A stretch of DNA of 64,000 bases from the NCBI GenBank assembly GCA_041651235.1, contig JBAZJQ010000001.1, positions 302,449 through 366,448 on the forward strand. Direction: 5' to 3'. The notes below the pieces were generated by a model that had not been told where the DNA came from, did no database searches, and saw nothing but the letters and a program-made list of their open reading frames with translations. Below are positions 62,000 to 64,000 of the stretch, one piece after another. Source of the stretch: Candidatus Pacearchaeota archaeon. Lineage in GTDB: Archaea > Nanobdellota > Nanobdellia > Pacearchaeales > GW2011-AR1. Within the stretch, counting starts at the first letter, position 1, and each line of letters opens with the position of its first letter. Position numbers and translations under genes: made by a program.

Positions 62000-62725
62000 T
62001 TACAGTTCTATTTCGTCAAAATTAACTAGAATTCTCTTCTCAAAATCATAGTGAGAAGCATAATATGGATTAACCTTATTGTTACAGTTTTGGATTTGCG
62101 GAAGAATTATTTTCTTCCATTGGTACAAATCTGCTTTTAGAAATGCCCCGGGATATATTATCAACCTAAACTTATCGCTTTTAACAAGAGTTTTAGGAAA
62201 CTCAATTAATCCCTGCCTTATAAGATGAGTAACCACAATCTCTTCTATAATAAAATTGATATTTGCTTCTGTTTGAGGTCTTCCATTGAGCCCTTCAATT
62301 AGTAATCCTTTAAAGGTTTTATCTTTTTCTTTTAAATCTACTAATTTTTGATAGTATTCTTGATAATTTGGTGCATTTAAGATAATGTAATCCCAAGGAA
62401 TAAAATGGGCTGCTTGAGGAATATACTTCTTGCTTTTAATTAATAATTTTAGAATTTTATTCTTATGCTCAATCATTTGTATGTTTGTCTTTTTTCTAAC
62501 ACTCAATGCTGGCTCATCATTATTATAATAGAGCCCATTGGTATAAAGGAATATAAAATCTATTCCAACTTGACTTACTTTTTTTTCAAACTCTTTTACT
62601 ATTTCAAAGCACTCTTCTGGACTTTGACCCTTTCCATTAGAAAGTCTGCTCATTGACAAAGGTAGAACCATGTATCCATCAGTAGGTAGTTTGTTTATAT
62701 CATAAAGTTTGTTTTTGATTACCAT
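62000..62725 (-). CDS. hypothetical protein (241 aa)
   Basis: Long clean ORF; no motif I can name with confidence. Confidence 0.55.
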   Translation of the reverse strand: MVIKNKLYDINKLPTDGYMVLPLSMSRLSNGKGQSPEECFEIVKEFEKKVSQVGIDFIFLYTNGLYYNNDEPALSVRKKTNIQMIEHKNKILKLLIKSKKYIPQAAHFIPWDYIILNAPNYQEYYQKLVDLKEKDKTFKGLLIEGLNGRPQTEANINFIIEEIVVTHLIRQGLIEFPKTLVKSDKFRLIIYPGAFLKADLYQWKKIILPQIQNCNNKVNPYYASHYDFEKRILVNFDEIEL

Positions 62726-62796
62726 TAAATAGTATAAGAGGATGGTATTTTAAAACTTATCTCAAATAGAAATCCTAAGGAGAAAAAGGCAACTCT

Positions 62797-63030
62797 TTAG
62801 GAGAGGCTATTTGGGCTCAGAGCTATTTTCTTCTTCCCAGCTTTAGAATATTTCCACTTTTGAATTTTCAAATATAGTAACTTTGCTTCTTTCTCATTTA
62901 AGTCATATGTTGATTGTAAGTCCTCAGTATCATATTCACTTCTATCTTCCAATAAATCATTTTTCTTAAAAGAACTAAATAATCTGTTTACCTCTTTTCT
63001 CCTGACAGTTTGCCTTTTAACTTTTATCAT
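62797..63030 (-). CDS. hypothetical small basic protein
   Basis: 77-aa ORF in the same direction as 62000..62725. Confidence 0.4.
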   Translation of the reverse strand: MIKVKRQTVRRKEVNRLFSSFKKNDLLEDRSEYDTEDLQSTYDLNEKEAKLLYLKIQKWKYSKAGKKKIALSPNSLS

Positions 63031-63225
63031 AAAATAATAAAAAGAAGCTCGTTTTTATAGGTTGTTCCGACGAGAAAATTATAATTATTAATAATAATTA
63101 TACTTTAGATTTTTCTTCTTTCCTAACTAGTTAAACGCCCCCACGAATCGTATCATACTTTTTATGATATTTTTTGTTACAGAATATGTGACAAGATTTA
63201 TAACACCGAAAAGAGTTATCTTATA

Positions 63226-63981
63226 ATGTCTGACAAATCACTTCCAGTCTTTATGCAGGAAGAATCTACTAATAAGATATTAACAGAAGCTATCACTTGC
63301 ATTCCCAAAAATACTAAAATTTATCTCATAGGGGGAGCCCTAAGGACTGCAATTTATTATAAACATTTTAATAAAAAAATGCCTATGAGAGATTATGATT
63401 TATTCTTAACAGGTAGCCCTAAAGAATTTATATCAAACTTAAGAAAAAAAGGTTTTATTTACGGAAAACTAAAAAGGAAGGATGAAAGAGTTGTAAAGAA
63501 AAAGAGATTTTCTGGAGCAAAGGAATTAGAAGACTTTGTTTTTTTAGATATTCATTTTTCTAGTGATAAGGATATTAAAAGTAACTTAAAAAAAAATGCT
63601 AATTTTACCATAAATGGATTTGCTTTGCCTCTAAAAGAAATTTTATCTTCCGAATGGCAAAAAAAGATTATCTCTGTAAAAAATGCAGAAAAAGATTTAA
63701 AAGAAAAACAAATTAGAATAAATGCATTTATTCATCCAGCCCAATTGTATGCATGTGTCAGATTTGTTTCTCATGGATATAAACCTCCAACTAAAGATGA
63801 ATTAGATGGTTTGTTATTACTTCTAAAGAAACTTCGTAAAAACCAATTAGAAAGAAATCTCAAAAAAGTTTTTACACAAACAGGTGGAGAAAAAAAGGCT
63901 AGAGATATTGTGAAAAAAATGGGAATAAAAGAAGATATCTTTTCTTTTGAAACAATAAAGAATCTCCGTAAAAATAAATAG
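63226..63981 (+). CDS. nucleotidyltransferase with class II (poly(A) polymerase / CCA-adding head)-like motif
   Basis: IYLIGGALRTAIY...MRDYDLFLTG resembles the GGxVRD...DxD head-domain signature. The rest is not recognised. Confidence 0.45.
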   Translation: MSDKSLPVFMQEESTNKILTEAITCIPKNTKIYLIGGALRTAIYYKHFNKKMPMRDYDLFLTGSPKEFISNLRKKGFIYGKLKRKDERVVKKKRFSGAKELEDFVFLDIHFSSDKDIKSNLKKNANFTINGFALPLKEILSSEWQKKIISVKNAEKDLKEKQIRINAFIHPAQLYACVRFVSHGYKPPTKDELDGLLLLLKKLRKNQLERNLKKVFTQTGGEKKARDIVKKMGIKEDIFSFETIKNLRKNK

Positions 63982-64000
63982 TTCACCTCCTCCCCACTAA

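Noticed and set aside
62000-62725. Faint resemblance of the 241-aa orphan to small Rossmann-like enzymes such as cyclodipeptide synthases (similar size; NFIIEEIVV reminiscent of the YxLxE region)
   Set aside because: The catalytic GxSxxNS-type motif is not present (the sequence reads LPLSMSRLSNGKG). The similarity is too thin to assert without a profile search.
61952-62781. 11-mer AATCCTAAGGA present on both sides of the orphan gene 62000..62725 (61952-61962 and 62771-62781), which could look like a target-site duplication
   Set aside because: Exact 11-mer repeats are expected hundreds of times by chance in 64 kb. There are no terminal inverted repeats and no other mobility signature.
1007-63986. 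About 30 ORFs in the track lying antisense to, or in alternative frames inside, longer genes.

They are: 1007-1300, 1885-2283, 4075-4332, 4100-4297, 7493-7684, 7792-8121, 11521-11994, 13280-13477, 15713-15934, 19997-20458, 24245-24454, 27635-27940, 30923-31168, 33567-33773, 34293-34496, 35639-35827, 37663-37866, 37918-38130, 39068-39271, 39479-39730, 42581-42826, 45769-45960, 46703-46891, 48542-48877, 54041-54235, 54568-54756, 56600-56830, 57000-57182, 57668-57925, 62465-62656, 63771-63986.
   Set aside because: Each is fully embedded in a longer ORF that has recognisable motifs or a coherent membrane/pilin architecture. Their translations are low-complexity (F/L/I/S/K-rich), as expected for shadow frames in AT-rich DNA.
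1-64000. Looked for tRNA, rRNA, CRISPR arrays, transposase or integrase genes
   Set aside because: None found by eye. The only GC-rich islands outside coding sequence are the hairpins at 22696-22802 and the inverted repeat at 12404-12462. Neither has tRNA-like T-arm/anticodon architecture. No run of 3 or more regularly spaced identical repeats exists. A tRNAscan/Infernal run would be needed for certainty.
63982-64000. GTTCACCTCCTCCCCACTAA at the right edge resembles the CACCTCCT 3' end of 16S rRNA. On the minus strand it gives a GGAGGAGGTG Shine-Dalgarno-like run before the 71-aa antisense ORF.
   Set aside because: The upstream sequence is clearly protein-coding, not rRNA. The antisense ORF is a shadow of the nucleotidyltransferase gene, with an SD-to-start spacing that is too short. 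Whatever GC-richer feature starts here continues beyond the window.

Overview
Visibly AT-rich, very gene-dense archaeal chromosome segment with about 70 genes. Many start/stop overlaps are of the ATGA or TAATG type. All calls come from reading the sequence and ORF translations by eye; no searches or folding programs were run.

Core genes mark an archaeon with a small-genome (DPANN-like) flavour:
- PolD DP1 (cut by the left edge), an HD phosphohydrolase and PolD DP2 in one coupled operon
- archaeal-type TyrRS, a DRG/TGS GTPase, RPA, RadA and aEF-1beta
- Hef helicase and ERCC4 nuclease as two separate genes
- a Dph6-like PP-loop enzyme coupled to a GATase, a 2'-5' RNA ligase, an M16 peptidase and an agmatinase-family enzyme

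Roughly half the window is envelope biology:
- a 1700-aa cadherin-like surface protein
- a MoxR/DUF58/vWA module
- a pilin-signal LamG protein
- a 2576-aa LamG/beta-helix giant with a cytoplasmic double helix-turn-helix tail
- small anchored surface proteins
- a type IV filament locus of about 16 kb. It holds a PRC-barrel gene plus three paralogous 4-TM proteins, two coiled-coil proteins, a long secretion ATPase and a FlaJ/TadC-like platform. It also holds about 11 class III signal-peptide genes (two are mini-ORFs missing from the ORF track) and an A24 prepilin peptidase.

No tRNA, rRNA, CRISPR array, transposase or integrase was recognised.

The most unusual signals are non-coding:
1. A family of four hairpin-containing elements of about 40-80 nt sits on the 5' ends of envelope and pilin genes. 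Two copies are flanked by 21-bp and 33-bp duplications of the host start-codon region, both with a 112-bp period. One copy is an in-frame insertion inside a pilin signal peptide.
2. Two tandem GC-rich hairpins with covarying stems and conserved CA-rich loops lie just upstream of the 2576-aa gene. A 13-nt complement of both loops lies further upstream.
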